DNA of 64,000 bases from Candidatus Thermofontivivens primus (GTDB taxonomy: Bacteria > Sysuimicrobiota > Sysuimicrobiia > Sysuimicrobiales > Thermofontiviventaceae): assembly GCA_031458695.1 (NCBI GenBank), contig JAVKJW010000002.1, positions 1 through 64,000 of the forward strand, read 5' to 3'. Below the pieces are notes generated by a model, which saw only the letters and a program-made list of their open reading frames with translations, was not told the DNA's origin and did no database searches. Below, in pieces: positions 17,028 to 27,223 of this stretch. The translations under genes and the position numbers were made by a program. Numbering within the stretch: position 1 is the stretch's first letter; every line of letters begins with the position of its first letter.

Positions 17028-18572
17028 ATGGCCTCGCCCATTGAGGAACTCCGACGGCGACGTGCGCGGATCCTCCAAATGGGAGGGCCCGAGCGGGTGC
17101 GGCGCCAACACGAGGCGGGCAAGCTCACAGCGCGGGAGCGCCTGGATCTCCTCCTAGATCCAGGAAGTTTTCACGAGCTTGACATGTTCGTCACCCACCG
17201 AGCGCGGGAGTTTGGGATGGACAAGGTGGAGGCCCCCGCAGATGGCGTGGTGACGGGATATGGGACCATCGATGGCCGGTTGGTGTTCGTGTTCTCTCAG
17301 GATTTCACCGTCCTGGGGGGATCCCTCGGGGAAGCTCATGCCGCCAAGATCTGCAAGATCATGGACCTTGCCTTGAAGAACGGTGCCCCGGTGATCGGTC
17401 TCAACGACTCTGGGGGGGCTCGGATCCAGGAAGGGGTGGCGAGCCTGGGAGGCTACGCCGAGATCTTCCTGCGCAATACCCTCGCCTCCGGGGTTATCCC
17501 GCAGATCTCTGCAATTATGGGCCCTTGCGCAGGTGGCGCTGTGTACTCCCCGGCGATCACCGATTTCATCATTATGGTCCGGGGGACGAGTTACATGTTC
17601 GTTACAGGGCCGCAGGTCGTCAAGGCGGTCACACGCGAGGAAGTTACCTTTGAAGAACTGGGAGGTGCGGAGGTCCACGCAGAGAAGAGCGGGGTTGCTC
17701 ATTTCATTGCAGAGGACGACGTTCACTGCTTGCAGCTCATCCGGCAGCTCCTGAGTTACCTTCCCCAAAACTACATGGAGGATCCCCCTGTCATTGAACC
17801 CACGGATGACCCTATGCGGATGGATCCCATCCTGAATGAGATCGTCCCTGAGGATCCGGCCCGCCCTTATGATATGAAGGAGATCGTCCGTCGAGTTGTG
17901 GACAACGGCGAATTCTTGGAAGTCCACGAGCGTTTCGCGCCGAACCTTATCGTAGGGTTCGCCCGGCTCCACGGGAGGCCTGTGGGGATTGTTGCCCAGC
18001 AACCGCAGGTGCTTGCAGGTGTCCTGGACATCAACGCTTCGGTAAAAGGAGCACGGTTCGTTCGCTTCTGCGACTGCTTCAACATTCCCCTGATCACCTT
18101 CGTGGATGTTCCTGGGTTCATGCCAGGGACACAGCAGGAGCACGCGGGGATCATCCGACACGGGGCCAAGCTCCTGTTCGCGTATTGCGAGGCGACGGTG
18201 CCGAAGATCACTGTGATCACACGGAAGGCGTATGGAGGGGCTTATGACGTGATGAGCAGCAAGCACATCCGAGGGGACATTAACTTAGCGTGGCCCACCG
18301 CGGAGATCGCAGTGATGGGTCCGGAGGGGGCCATCGACATTATCTTCCGGAAGGAGCTCCAGGAAGCGGAAGATCCCGAAGGACTAAAGGCGAAGCTCGT
18401 CAAGGAGTACCGGGATCAGTTCGCCAACCCCTATGTGGCGGCGAGCCGGGGCTATCTCGATGACATCATCGAACCTCAGGAAACCCGTCCGAGGCTGATC
18501 TCTGCCCTTGAGATGCTTCAGCAGAAGCGTGACACGAACCCCCGCAAGAAGCACGGGAATATCCCCCTTTGA
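17028..18572 (+). CDS. pccB: Acyl-CoA (propionyl-CoA-type) carboxylase carboxyltransferase subunit
   Basis: [39 protein letters not shown]-terminus. Confidence 0.93.
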   Translation: MASPIEELRRRRARILQMGGPERVRRQHEAGKLTARERLDLLLDPGSFHELDMFVTHRAREFGMDKVEAPADGVVTGYGTIDGRLVFVFSQDFTVLGGSLGEAHAAKICKIMDLALKNGAPVIGLNDSGGARIQEGVASLGGYAEIFLRNTLASGVIPQISAIMGPCAGGAVYSPAITDFIIMVRGTSYMFVTGPQVVKAVTREEVTFEELGGAEVHAEKSGVAHFIAEDDVHCLQLIRQLLSYLPQNYMEDPPVIEPTDDPMRMDPILNEIVPEDPARPYDMKEIVRRVVDNGEFLEVHERFAPNLIVGFARLHGRPVGIVAQQPQVLAGVLDINASVKGARFVRFCDCFNIPLITFVDVPGFMPGTQQEHAGIIRHGAKLLFAYCEATVPKITVITRKAYGGAYDVMSSKHIRGDINLAWPTAEIAVMGPEGAIDIIFRKELQEAEDPEGLKAKLVKEYRDQFANPYVAASRGYLDDIIEPQETRPRLISALEMLQQKRDTNPRKKHGNIPL

Positions 18573-18615
18573 TGCAAGCAAGAAAACGCAAGAGACCTGC
18601 GCTGCCTGGGTCCTC

Positions 18616-18644
18616 TTTACACGACCCCTTCAAGACCGTACACT
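18616..18644 (+). promoter_or_regulatory. Internal sigma70-like promoter before GNAT-accC
   Basis: TTTACA-17 nt-TACACT. Confidence 0.55.
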
Positions 18645-18694
18645 GGTGGTAGCCTCGCGGTGGATTTCTGTTGGGAGGCGTCTTGGCAGTTGCG

Positions 18695-19189
18695 ATGAAG
18701 CTCGAATACGTAGACCCGTTGGACAAGCAGTTTCGGGAATGGATGCGCAGGTACCGAGAGGAGCTTGCTGGTGAGCCCCCTTCGGACGAATGGTTGGATC
18801 GGTATCTCAAGGTGATCTTCAAAGAGCAGAGAAAGCACCGGCATATCTGGTGGGGTGTGGAGGAGGGGAAGCGGGTCGGGTTCGCCGTTGCTGTGATCTC
18901 ACCGCATTGGATCGATCGCAAGCGGCTCCAGGGGACCATTGGAGAGTTCTACATTTACCCGGGGTATCGCCGGGAAGGGTACGGGCGTAAACTCGCGCAG
19001 GAGGTGATTCGCTTCCTCCAGGCGCGGGGAGTCCAGGATATCCACTGTACGGTTGTGGTCGGGAACGTGGGCGGGCTCCGATTCTGGGAGGCCATGGGAT
19101 TCCAGCTTGTCCGCTACCAGCTGAGCTATCTCCCCTCTCATGCGGTCAAAGAGTCCACTAGGGCGCAAGAGGATGTACAGAGGCGATGA
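18695..19189 (+). CDS. GNAT family N-acetyltransferase
   Basis: F-Y-I-Y-P-G-Y-R-R-E-G-Y-G-R-K-L motif A; N...F-W-E-A-M-G-F motif B. Confidence 0.88.
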   Translation: MKLEYVDPLDKQFREWMRRYREELAGEPPSDEWLDRYLKVIFKEQRKHRHIWWGVEEGKRVGFAVAVISPHWIDRKRLQGTIGEFYIYPGYRREGYGRKLAQEVIRFLQARGVQDIHCTVVVGNVGGLRFWEAMGFQLVRYQLSYLPSHAVKESTRAQEDVQRR

Positions 19190-20658
19190 GCGTTCGGCTC
19201 CAGAAGGTGCTTGTGGCCAACCGCGGGGAAATCGCCGTCCGCATCATCCGGTCTTGCAAAGAGCTTGGGATCAAAACCGTTGCCGTCTATTCCGATGTCG
19301 ACCGCCATGCCCTCCATGTCCGCCTCGCTGACGAGGCGGTGCCTTTGGGAGGGGCCAATCCACTGGAAAGCTACCTGAACATCGAGGCGATCCTCGAAGC
19401 AGCCAAGCGAACAGGCGCACAGGCCATCCACCCGGGCTACGGGTTCCTTGCCGAAAACCCCCAGGCCAGTGCTTTGTGCGAACGGGAAGGGATTGTCTTC
19501 ATCGGCCCTCCCGCAGAAGTCTTGAGGATCTGCGGGGATAAATCCACAGCACGGGAGCGTATCATGCGTGCTGGTGTGCCCGTGCTCCCTGGGACCGGGG
19601 CAGTTTCCGATGAGGAGGCGCTGGAGGCAGCAAGCCGTGTAGGGTTCCCGCTCCTCATCAAAGCGGTGAGCGGGGGCGGAGGGAAGGGGATCCACCTCGT
19701 GAGGGAGAAGTCCGAGCTTCCCTCAGCTCTGCGCCTGGCCAGAGGAGAAGCCAAAACCTCTTTCGGGGACGAGCGTATCTACCTGGAGCGATGGTTGGAG
19801 AGGACCCGTCATGTGGAGGTTCAGATCGTCGCCGACCACCAAGGGAGGATCGTTCACCTGGGGGAGCGGGAGTGCTCTATCCAGCGGCGTCATCAGAAGC
19901 TCATCGAGGAGACGCCCTCTCCAGGCCTCCGTCCATCCCTGCGGGCGAAGCTCCACGAGGCAGCCATCGCCGCTGCCTCGGCTATTGGGTATATCAACGC
20001 CGGCACGCTGGAGTTCTTGGTCAGCGGGGAGGAGTTCTACTTCCTGGAGGTGAACGCCCGTCTCCAAGTGGAGCATCCGATCACCGAGATGGTGACGGGG
20101 CTCGACCTGGTGAAGCTCCAGATCCGCGTGGCTGCGGGCGAGCCCCTCGGCATGAACCAGGGCGACATAACGTTCCACGGTCACGCTCTGGAGTGCCGGA
20201 TCTCCGCCGAGGACCCGCATCGTGGTTTCTTCCCCTCCCTCGGACGCATCCTCGCTGTCCGCGAACCCTCCGGCCCGGGGATTCGGGTGGACAGCGGGAT
20301 ATACCCCGGGATGGAAGTCACGCGCCATTACGATCCACTGCTGGCCAAGGTGGTCGCATGGGCACCTACGCGGGAGGAAGCGATCCTGCGGATGCGCCGG
20401 GCTCTCGAGGAACTTGTCATTGTGGGCGTAGATACCACGGTTCCCTTTCACCTGTGGACGTTGAACCGGCCCGAGTTCCTCCGCGGAGAGTATGATACGA
20501 GGTTTGTGGAGGAGCGCTGGGCGAGGAGGGAGAGAGAGGGCGCCTACGAAACGGAAGCGGTCCTCCTTGCTGCAGCAGCCGTTCATCTACGGGGGCGCAG
20601 GCCGCTCCTCTCCATCTCGCACAGGCCCCCCCTCCGGAACGCCTGGAGGTCTCAGTGA
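19186..20658 (+). CDS. accC: Biotin carboxylase subunit
   Basis: A-N-R-G-E-I-A, H-P-G-Y-G-F-L-A-E, G-G-G-G-K-G, R-E-C-S-I-Q-R-R-H-Q-K, E-V-N-A-R-L-Q-V-E-H. Confidence 0.95.
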   Translation: MSVRLQKVLVANRGEIAVRIIRSCKELGIKTVAVYSDVDRHALHVRLADEAVPLGGANPLESYLNIEAILEAAKRTGAQAIHPGYGFLAENPQASALCEREGIVFIGPPAEVLRICGDKSTARERIMRAGVPVLPGTGAVSDEEALEAASRVGFPLLIKAVSGGGGKGIHLVREKSELPSALRLARGEAKTSFGDERIYLERWLERTRHVEVQIVADHQGRIVHLGERECSIQRRHQKLIEETPSPGLRPSLRAKLHEAAIAAASAIGYINAGTLEFLVSGEEFYFLEVNARLQVEHPITEMVTGLDLVKLQIRVAAGEPLGMNQGDITFHGHALECRISAEDPHRGFFPSLGRILAVREPSGPGIRVDSGIYPGMEVTRHYDPLLAKVVAWAPTREEAILRMRRALEELVIVGVDTTVPFHLWTLNRPEFLRGEYDTRFVEERWARREREGAYETEAVLLAAAAVHLRGRRPLLSISHRPPLRNAWRSQ

Positions 20659-21164
20659 TGTTCCGCTACTATGTTCTTGAGGGGGAGACGGCGCACGAGG
20701 TCCTGGTGGAGGAAACTGGCGAGAGCCTTTTCCTCACCTTCCGCGGGGTTCGCAGGAAGGTGGAGATCACCCAGGTCGCACCTACGCGATACCACGTACG
20801 TTTGAATGGGAAGAGTCTCGAGGCTACGGTGCGCTGGGAGGGTCAGACGGTCATCGTGGAGATCGGCCCCGAGCGCTATGAGTTCCAGGTGCGGCCGCTC
20901 GTACCTGCCCGCGCGAGGCCCCGGGGTGAGGAGGCCGAAACAAGGGCAAGCCCAGTGGTAGCGCCAATGCCAGGCCTGCTCGTCTCCGTGGAGGTTCGGG
21001 AAGGCGACCGGGTGAACAGGGGACAACCGGTGGCGATCCTGGAAGCGATGAAGATGCAGATGGAAATTCATGCTCCTACCACCGGGGTTGTCCGGGCTGT
21101 TCACGCCCAGCCTGGCCAAGAGGTGAAAGGTGGCCAAGTCCTTGTGGTGATCCGTGAGTTGTGA
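20658..21164 (+). CDS. Biotin carboxyl carrier protein
   Basis: A-P-M-P-G and E-A-M-K-M biotinylation motif. Confidence 0.93.
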   Translation: MFRYYVLEGETAHEVLVEETGESLFLTFRGVRRKVEITQVAPTRYHVRLNGKSLEATVRWEGQTVIVEIGPERYEFQVRPLVPARARPRGEEAETRASPVVAPMPGLLVSVEVREGDRVNRGQPVAILEAMKMQMEIHAPTTGVVRAVHAQPGQEVKGGQVLVVIREL

Positions 21165-21194
21165 ATCGTGAAGACCGTGAAGGGGTGACCCTCC

Positions 21195-22853
21195 ATGTAC
21201 GATCCATCTGCGCTGGAGTGGATTGCGGCCGCTAGGGAGGCGTGGGAAAAGGAGGCCCAGAAGGTGGAACAGAGGGAAGTCGAGACCTCATCTGGGATTC
21301 CCCTCCCGCTCGTGTTCACTCCCCTGGATGTGGCGGACCTTGATTACGCACGGGACCTGGGTTTCCCCGGGGAGTACCCCTATACCCGGGGGATCTATCC
21401 GACCATGTACCGAGGGCGGATCTGGACCATGCGCCAATACGCGGGGTATGGGACCGCGGAGGAGACCAATAGGCGATTCCGGTACCTACTAGACCAAGGC
21501 CAGACCGGTCTCTCCGTGGCATTTGACCTCCCGACCCAAATGGGATACGACTCCGATCACCCCCTTGCTGAACCCGAAGTGGGCAAGGTGGGCGTGGCTA
21601 TCGATACCCTGGCTGACATGGAGGCGCTGTTTCAGGGGATCCCCCTCGACCGGGTTACCACCTCCATGACCATCAACGCCACTGCAGCCATCCTCCTGGC
21701 CATGTACATCGCCGTGGCCGAGAAGCAAGGAGTGCCTCCAGCGCGCCTGGACGGGACCACGCAAAACGATATCCTCAAAGAGTACATTGCTAGGGGGACC
21801 TATATCTTCCCCCCTCGGCCGTCCCTGCGCCTCGTCACGGACATGCTCCAGTACTGCGCGACCCACCTGCCCAAGTGGAATCCCATCTCCATCAGTGGGT
21901 ACCATATCCGAGAGGCGGGGGCGACGGCGGTCCAGGAGGTTGCCTTCACCATGCTCAACGCCATAACCTACATCCAGGCGGCTCTGGAGGCGGGTCTCGA
22001 TGTGGATACCATCGGGCCCCACCTCACATTTTTCTTTGCCGCCCAGATGAACCTGTTCGAGGAGGTGGCCAAGTTCCGGGCCGCCCGCCGTCTGTGGGCC
22101 AGGATCATGCGCGACCGGTTCGGCGCCAAGGATCCCCGCTCCTGGAAGCTCCGCTTCCACACCCAGACGGCAGGCGCTGCCCTGACTGCCCAGCAGCCGG
22201 AAAATAACGTGGTCCGGGTCACAGTTCAGGCCCTGGCCGCGATCCTAGGGGGGACACAGTCCCTCCACACCAACGCCAAGGATGAAGCGCTGGCGCTTCC
22301 TACCGATGAGTCCGCCCTCCTTGCCTTGCGCACCCAGCAGATCCTTGCCTACGAGACTGGGGTGGCTGATGTGATCGATCCCCTGGGCGGTTCCTACTAC
22401 GTGGAGGCCCTGACCAACGAGATCGAGAAGCGGGCTACAGAACTCATCCAGCGCATTGAGGAATCCGGAGGGATGCTCTCGGCCATCGAGACGGGGATCA
22501 TCCAGCGGGAGATCGCCGAGTCTTCTTACCGCGAGCAGCAACGCGTGGAGAGAGGGGAGAAGATCGTCGTGGGGGTTAACCGCTTCCGACAGGAAGAAGC
22601 AGCCTCCTACAAGATCCTGAAGGTCTCTCCGGAGGTGGTGGAGCGCCAGAAAGCAAATCTGGCAAGGGTTCGGTCTGAAAGAGACGGAGCTCGTGTGGAA
22701 TCAGCCCTGCGTGCTCTCGGGGATGCTGCAAGGGGCACGGAGAACCTGATGCCCCTGATCCTCGACGCGGTAAAGGCCTACGCGACGGTGGGGGAGATCT
22801 GTGATGTTCTGCGGGCGGTCTTTGGCGTCTACCGTCCTGTTGTTGTCCTGTAG
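21195..22853 (+). CDS. Methylmalonyl-CoA mutase, substrate-binding (large) subunit
   Basis: [23 protein letters not shown]; Tyr/Arg specificity pair typical of MCM rather than isobutyryl-CoA mutase; no B12-binding D-x-H-x-x-G domain. Confidence 0.93.
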   Translation: MYDPSALEWIAAAREAWEKEAQKVEQREVETSSGIPLPLVFTPLDVADLDYARDLGFPGEYPYTRGIYPTMYRGRIWTMRQYAGYGTAEETNRRFRYLLDQGQTGLSVAFDLPTQMGYDSDHPLAEPEVGKVGVAIDTLADMEALFQGIPLDRVTTSMTINATAAILLAMYIAVAEKQGVPPARLDGTTQNDILKEYIARGTYIFPPRPSLRLVTDMLQYCATHLPKWNPISISGYHIREAGATAVQEVAFTMLNAITYIQAALEAGLDVDTIGPHLTFFFAAQMNLFEEVAKFRAARRLWARIMRDRFGAKDPRSWKLRFHTQTAGAALTAQQPENNVVRVTVQALAAILGGTQSLHTNAKDEALALPTDESALLALRTQQILAYETGVADVIDPLGGSYYVEALTNEIEKRATELIQRIEESGGMLSAIETGIIQREIAESSYREQQRVERGEKIVVGVNRFRQEEAASYKILKVSPEVVERQKANLARVRSERDGARVESALRALGDAARGTENLMPLILDAVKAYATVGEICDVLRAVFGVYRPVVVL

Positions 22854-22891
22854 GGCCATCCCATAACCAGTTCTCAAGATCCCAGGAGGCC

Positions 22892-23881
22892 ATGGAACAA
22901 CACAGAATAGATCAGACGACGAGATCAACCAGTGCGGATCTTGTGGAGGAACTCCTCAAAGGTTCCCAGCAAGCTGCCGCCCGCCTCATCTCCTTGGTGG
23001 AGGACAGGGATCCCAGGAGTCTAGGCTATCTTCAACGGCTCTCCCCCTATACAGGTCGGGCCTATGTGATTGGGGTCACTGGGCCACCAGGGACAGGTAA
23101 GAGCACCCTCGTGGATGCTATGACGAGGATCCTGCGCCGAGAGGGGAAGCGTGTGGGGATCATCGCCGTAGATCCCACAAGCCCGTTCTCTGGAGGAGCG
23201 ATCCTTGCCGACCGGATTCGGATGCAGGATCACAGCACAGACGAGGGCGTGTTCATCCGGAGCATGGCGACGAGGGGGAGCTTGGGTGGTCTCGCGCCAG
23301 CTACAGGAGATGCCGTGGCCATCCTCGATGCCATGGGGTACGACCCGATCTTTGTGGAGACAGTGGGTGCAGGCCAGGTGGAGGTGGACATCGTCAGGAC
23401 CAGCGACTCTGTCATTGTGGTGACGGTCCCTGGCCTCGGTGATTATATCCAGACCCTCAAGGCAGGCATCATGGAGATCGGGGAGATCTTTGTGGTGAAC
23501 AAGGCAGATCATGGGGATGCGGAGAGGACAACCGCAGAGATCAAAGCAATGCTGGAGCTGGCAGGGAGGCAGGAAGGGTGGAACCCGCCTGTGGTGAAGA
23601 CCGTGGCGCTGAACGGAAGCGGCGTGGAGGAAGTGCTCTCGGCTGTGTGGGCGCACCGTGCCTATCAGGAGACCAATGGACTCCTGGTGGAAAGGCGCCG
23701 GAGACGCCGGAAGGAGGAGATCTTGCGGATCCTGGAGGAGAAGGTCCGGGAGCGGATCCATCGATCCACGGTCTCCACAGGGCAGCTCGACGAGCTTGCG
23801 GAACGGACGCTACAGGGGGAGCTCGATCCCTATTCCGCAGCGGACCTCCTCTATAAAGCGTTGTTCTTGCCAGGGTCGTGA
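22892..23881 (+). CDS. meaB: MeaB/ArgK mutase-associated GTPase
   Basis: G-P-P-G-T-G-K-S-T, V-D-P-T-S-P-F-S-G-G-A-I-L, E-T-V-G, N-K-A-D. Confidence 0.95.
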   Translation: MEQHRIDQTTRSTSADLVEELLKGSQQAAARLISLVEDRDPRSLGYLQRLSPYTGRAYVIGVTGPPGTGKSTLVDAMTRILRREGKRVGIIAVDPTSPFSGGAILADRIRMQDHSTDEGVFIRSMATRGSLGGLAPATGDAVAILDAMGYDPIFVETVGAGQVEVDIVRTSDSVIVVTVPGLGDYIQTLKAGIMEIGEIFVVNKADHGDAERTTAEIKAMLELAGRQEGWNPPVVKTVALNGSGVEEVLSAVWAHRAYQETNGLLVERRRRRRKEEILRILEEKVRERIHRSTVSTGQLDELAERTLQGELDPYSAADLLYKALFLPGS

Positions 23882-23938
23882 GGTAACGATGGGCTCGGGT
23901 ACAAGGAGACTGGTGCAGGAGTACTGAGGAGGGCTCAT

Positions 23939-24382
23939 ATGCAGAGGGAATCCGTGTCTGGGAGCGCGCGGAAGATCGATCACCTAGGGATCGCCGTCTT
24001 CGACCTTGCGCAGGCGGAGCGCTTGTACACCGAGGTTCTCGGCCTTCCCGTTGTTCACCGGGAGATGGTGGAGGCAGAGAAAGTAAAGACCAGCTTCATC
24101 CCGCTTGGGGAGGTGGAGATCGAGCTTCTCGAGCCCACCGATCCAGAGAGCCCAGTGGGACGGTTCCTCACCACGAGGGGGGAGGGGCTCCATCACGTGG
24201 CCATCGAAGTAGAGGATCTTCCCAAAGCCCTGGAAAGGGCGAGGAGAGGTGGGTTCCGCGTGGTGGATGAGGTTCCGCGCCGTGGAGCGAGAGGAACCAT
24301 GGTGGCCTTCCTGCATCCCAAGAGCACAAACGGCGTCCTCATCGAGCTGGTTCAGCGCTTCCCGGAGGAAGTGCAGAGGTAG
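23939..24382 (+). CDS. mce: Methylmalonyl-CoA epimerase
   Basis: I-D-H-L-G-I-A-V, E-L-L-E-P, G-E-G-L-H-H-V-A, F-L-H-P-K-S-T-N-G-V-L-I-E-L. Confidence 0.95.
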   Translation: MQRESVSGSARKIDHLGIAVFDLAQAERLYTEVLGLPVVHREMVEAEKVKTSFIPLGEVEIELLEPTDPESPVGRFLTTRGEGLHHVAIEVEDLPKALERARRGGFRVVDEVPRRGARGTMVAFLHPKSTNGVLIELVQRFPEEVQR

Positions 24383-24448
24383 TTTCATCTTAGCTTTCCT
24401 GATAATCATGTGTGGAAGGATCCCCTTCTGGGAGGGGGAGATACGGTG

Positions 24449-25534
24449 ATGCAGTCCCTGTTTGATCTCTCGCTGGAGGAACTCACCGAGATCCTGGCGG
24501 GATGGGGGGAGCCCCGCTATCGAGCCCGTCAGATCTGGGCCTGGGCCTACAGGCGGGGCGCGACAGAGTTTGAGGGAATGACGGATCTGCCAAAATCCTT
24601 GCGGGTCCGCCTCGCACAGACCTTTACCCTGTCCACGCTCCGGCTCATTGCCGAGCGGGTCTCCTCAGACGGGTGGACGCGGAAATGGTTGTTTGCCCTG
24701 CCCGATGGGACGCAGATCGAAGCCGTCCTCATGGAGTATACCGACCGGCGTACTGCATGTGTCTCCACCCAAGCCGGGTGCGCGATGGGGTGTGCTTTCT
24801 GTGCCACAGGCCAGATGGGCCTCTTGCGCAATCTTACCACCGGGGAGATCATCGAGCAAGTCCTCTGGGTCGGTCGCTGGCTCGCCTCACGGGGGGAGCG
24901 ACTGACCCATGTTGTCTTCATGGGCATGGGCGAGCCCCTGGCGAACTACGGGAACACGGCCAAGGCGTTGCGTCTGCTGATCCACCCCGATGGCTTCCGA
25001 TTTGGACAGCGTCGCATCACCGTATCCACTGTGGGCATCGTTCCAGGCATCCGAAGGTTCGCCCAAGAGGGATGGGAAGTGAACCTGGCGATCTCCCTGC
25101 ACGCTGCCACAGACGATCTCCGGAACAGGCTCGTCCCTATCAACCGCATCTATCCTCTCCAGATGCTCATGGCTGCAGCCCGTGACTACGTCGAGCGGAC
25201 TCGCCGGCGGCTTACCTGTGAATGGGTGATGATCCATGGAGTCAATGATACCATGGAGCAGGCCAACGCTCTGGTGGAGTGGATCCGGGGAATGCTTGGG
25301 ACCTCGGCTGTGGGCCACTTGGTCCATGTGAACCTCATCCCTCTGAACCCGACTCCGGGATTCCCCGGGGAGGCCTCCCCGCCGGCGCGCATTGAGGCAT
25401 TCCGGCGCACCCTGGAGAAAGCCAGGATCCCATGCACAGTTCGCGTGCGGCGAGGCATCGACGTGGCCGCAGGATGCGGGCAGTTGCGGGCCGAGATTAC
25501 AGGCCGCAAGCCCCTTCTTGCAGTCCCGTTTTGA
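24449..25534 (+). CDS. rlmN: Dual-specificity RNA methyltransferase RlmN (radical SAM)
   Basis: C-A-M-G-C-A-F-C, M-G-M-G-E-P, S-L-H-A, C-G-Q-L. Confidence 0.95.
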   Translation: MQSLFDLSLEELTEILAGWGEPRYRARQIWAWAYRRGATEFEGMTDLPKSLRVRLAQTFTLSTLRLIAERVSSDGWTRKWLFALPDGTQIEAVLMEYTDRRTACVSTQAGCAMGCAFCATGQMGLLRNLTTGEIIEQVLWVGRWLASRGERLTHVVFMGMGEPLANYGNTAKALRLLIHPDGFRFGQRRITVSTVGIVPGIRRFAQEGWEVNLAISLHAATDDLRNRLVPINRIYPLQMLMAAARDYVERTRRRLTCEWVMIHGVNDTMEQANALVEWIRGMLGTSAVGHLVHVNLIPLNPTPGFPGEASPPARIEAFRRTLEKARIPCTVRVRRGIDVAAGCGQLRAEITGRKPLLAVPF

Positions 25535-25593
25535 TCTGCCACGTTCCAGAAACCCCGGGAGAAGCGGCGGGGATAAGCGCTCCTACCACCCTC

Positions 25594-25623
25594 TTGCCAT
25601 CCCGTGGGAGTTTATGGTATAGT
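25594..25623 (+). promoter_or_regulatory. Promoter of the aroF-tyrA-trp leader
   Basis: TTGCCA-18 nt-TATAGT with TG extension. Confidence 0.65.
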
Positions 25624-25649
25624 AGTCGCAACCATCTTGAAGAGCAAGA

Positions 25650-26022
25650 GCCGATGAACGGGGCGAGTACCCACTGCGACGGCCATCAGAGAGCCGCGGA
25701 TGGTGCAAAGCGGTGGTCTAGCAGTGAAAGGACCCGAGGATGCGGGAGGGAATGGGCCCGGGAGGCGCGAGGCGAAAGGCAGTCCCCCACGAGGGGGAGG
25801 TCTTCTTCAAGGTTGACCTTTGAGCACAGGGGGCCGTCGAGTAGCCGAGCCGGTTTTCTCCCCCGATAACGGGAGGGAAAGTGCCCAGGTCCGGGAAGTA
25901 GATATCTGTTCTCGGCGATACCCATACCGAATACCCGGACCATGTGGGAAGAAGGGTGGCACCGCGGGTTCATGGTTGATCTCGCCTCCCGTCCCTTAAG
26001 GGATTGGGGGGCGTTGTGCTAT
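25650..26022 (+). ncRNA. T-box riboswitch 1 (Trp specifier UGG), transcriptional
   Basis: GA motif GATGAA, AGTA S-turn, AGAGAG bulge, GGTGCAA loop, GAA-TGG specifier (25753-25755), T-box GGGTGGCACCGCG (bulge 25957-25963), terminator CGCCTCCC..GGGGGGCG-TTGTGCT. Confidence 0.92.
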
Positions 26023-26151
26023 TCTCTAGGGTGTCCAGCACACACGTGAGGACCTTTATCAGGAACTCTCAGGGAAGAAGGAGGTGTTGGCAGAGATGGG
26101 GTTTTGGGGCACTTTGGTGGAGAGGGGAAGGCAACGGTAGGAGGCGATGCC

Positions 26152-27171
26152 ATGATCGTGGTCATGGAGCCGAGCGCGACAAAGGACCAAATCGAGGCGA
26201 TTATCCGGAGGGTTCAAGAAGCAGGTCTCAGCGCCCATGTTTCAGAGGGGGTGACGAGGACAGTCATTGGGATCGTCGGAGATAGCCACACCAAAGAGCT
26301 GTTGCGACAATCACTGGAGGCCTCCCCTGGGGTGGAGAAGGTTGTCCCCATCCTACAGCCCTTTAAGCTCGTCAGCCGGGAGTTCCGGTCTGAGAAGACT
26401 GTGGTTCAGGTAGGCAACGTGCGCTTCGGGACAGATCAGATTGTGGTCATCGCTGGGCCCTGCGCGGTCGAGAGCAGGGAGCAGGTCCTCGCCACTGCCA
26501 AGGCGGTGAAGGCGAGTGGTGCATCTATGCTGCGCGGCGGGGCGTTCAAGCCCAGGACCTCGCCCTACAGCTTCCAGGGGCTAGAGGAAGAAGGGCTCAA
26601 ATACCTCGCTGAGGCGAGGGAGATGACAGGTCTTCCAGTGGTCACAGAAGCCATGGACGCACGGCAGCTGGAGCTGGTGATCCAGTACGCTGATATGATC
26701 CAGATCGGAGCCCGTAACATGCAGAATTACACCCTCCTCCGCGATGCGGGACGGTCCCGTCACCCGATCCTCCTCAAGCGTGGTCCGGGTGCGACAATTC
26801 AGGAGCTGCTTCTCGCTGCCGAGTATATCCTCTCTGAGGGAAACTACCAGGTGGTCCTCTGCGAACGTGGGATCCGGGGCTTTGACAATTATACCCGCTA
26901 CACCCTCGATCTGAGCGCGGTCCCAGTTCTCCAGCAACTTTCTCACCTGCCTGTGATCGTAGATCCGAGCCAGGGGACGGGACGGTGGAAGCTCGTGGGC
27001 CCCATGTCCCGCGCCGCGGTGGCCGCCGGGGCGGACGGTCTGATTATTGAGGTCCATCCGGAACCAGACCGCGCGTTGAGCGATGGACCTCAACAGCTCA
27101 CCTTCGAGAACTTCGACCGTCTCATGCGGGAGATTCGGCTCGTCGCGGAGGCGATCGGCAGGTACGTGTGA
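26152..27171 (+). CDS. aroF: DAHP synthase type I-beta with N-terminal regulatory domain
   Basis: [39 protein letters not shown]...S-D-G. Confidence 0.95.
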   Translation: MIVVMEPSATKDQIEAIIRRVQEAGLSAHVSEGVTRTVIGIVGDSHTKELLRQSLEASPGVEKVVPILQPFKLVSREFRSEKTVVQVGNVRFGTDQIVVIAGPCAVESREQVLATAKAVKASGASMLRGGAFKPRTSPYSFQGLEEEGLKYLAEAREMTGLPVVTEAMDARQLELVIQYADMIQIGARNMQNYTLLRDAGRSRHPILLKRGPGATIQELLLAAEYILSEGNYQVVLCERGIRGFDNYTRYTLDLSAVPVLQQLSHLPVIVDPSQGTGRWKLVGPMSRAAVAAGADGLIIEVHPEPDRALSDGPQQLTFENFDRLMREIRLVAEAIGRYV

Positions 27172-27223
27172 GGATTCTCTCTGAAGCTCCTGGCAGGATG
27201 GTGCCGGGATCGAGAGGGGCAGA

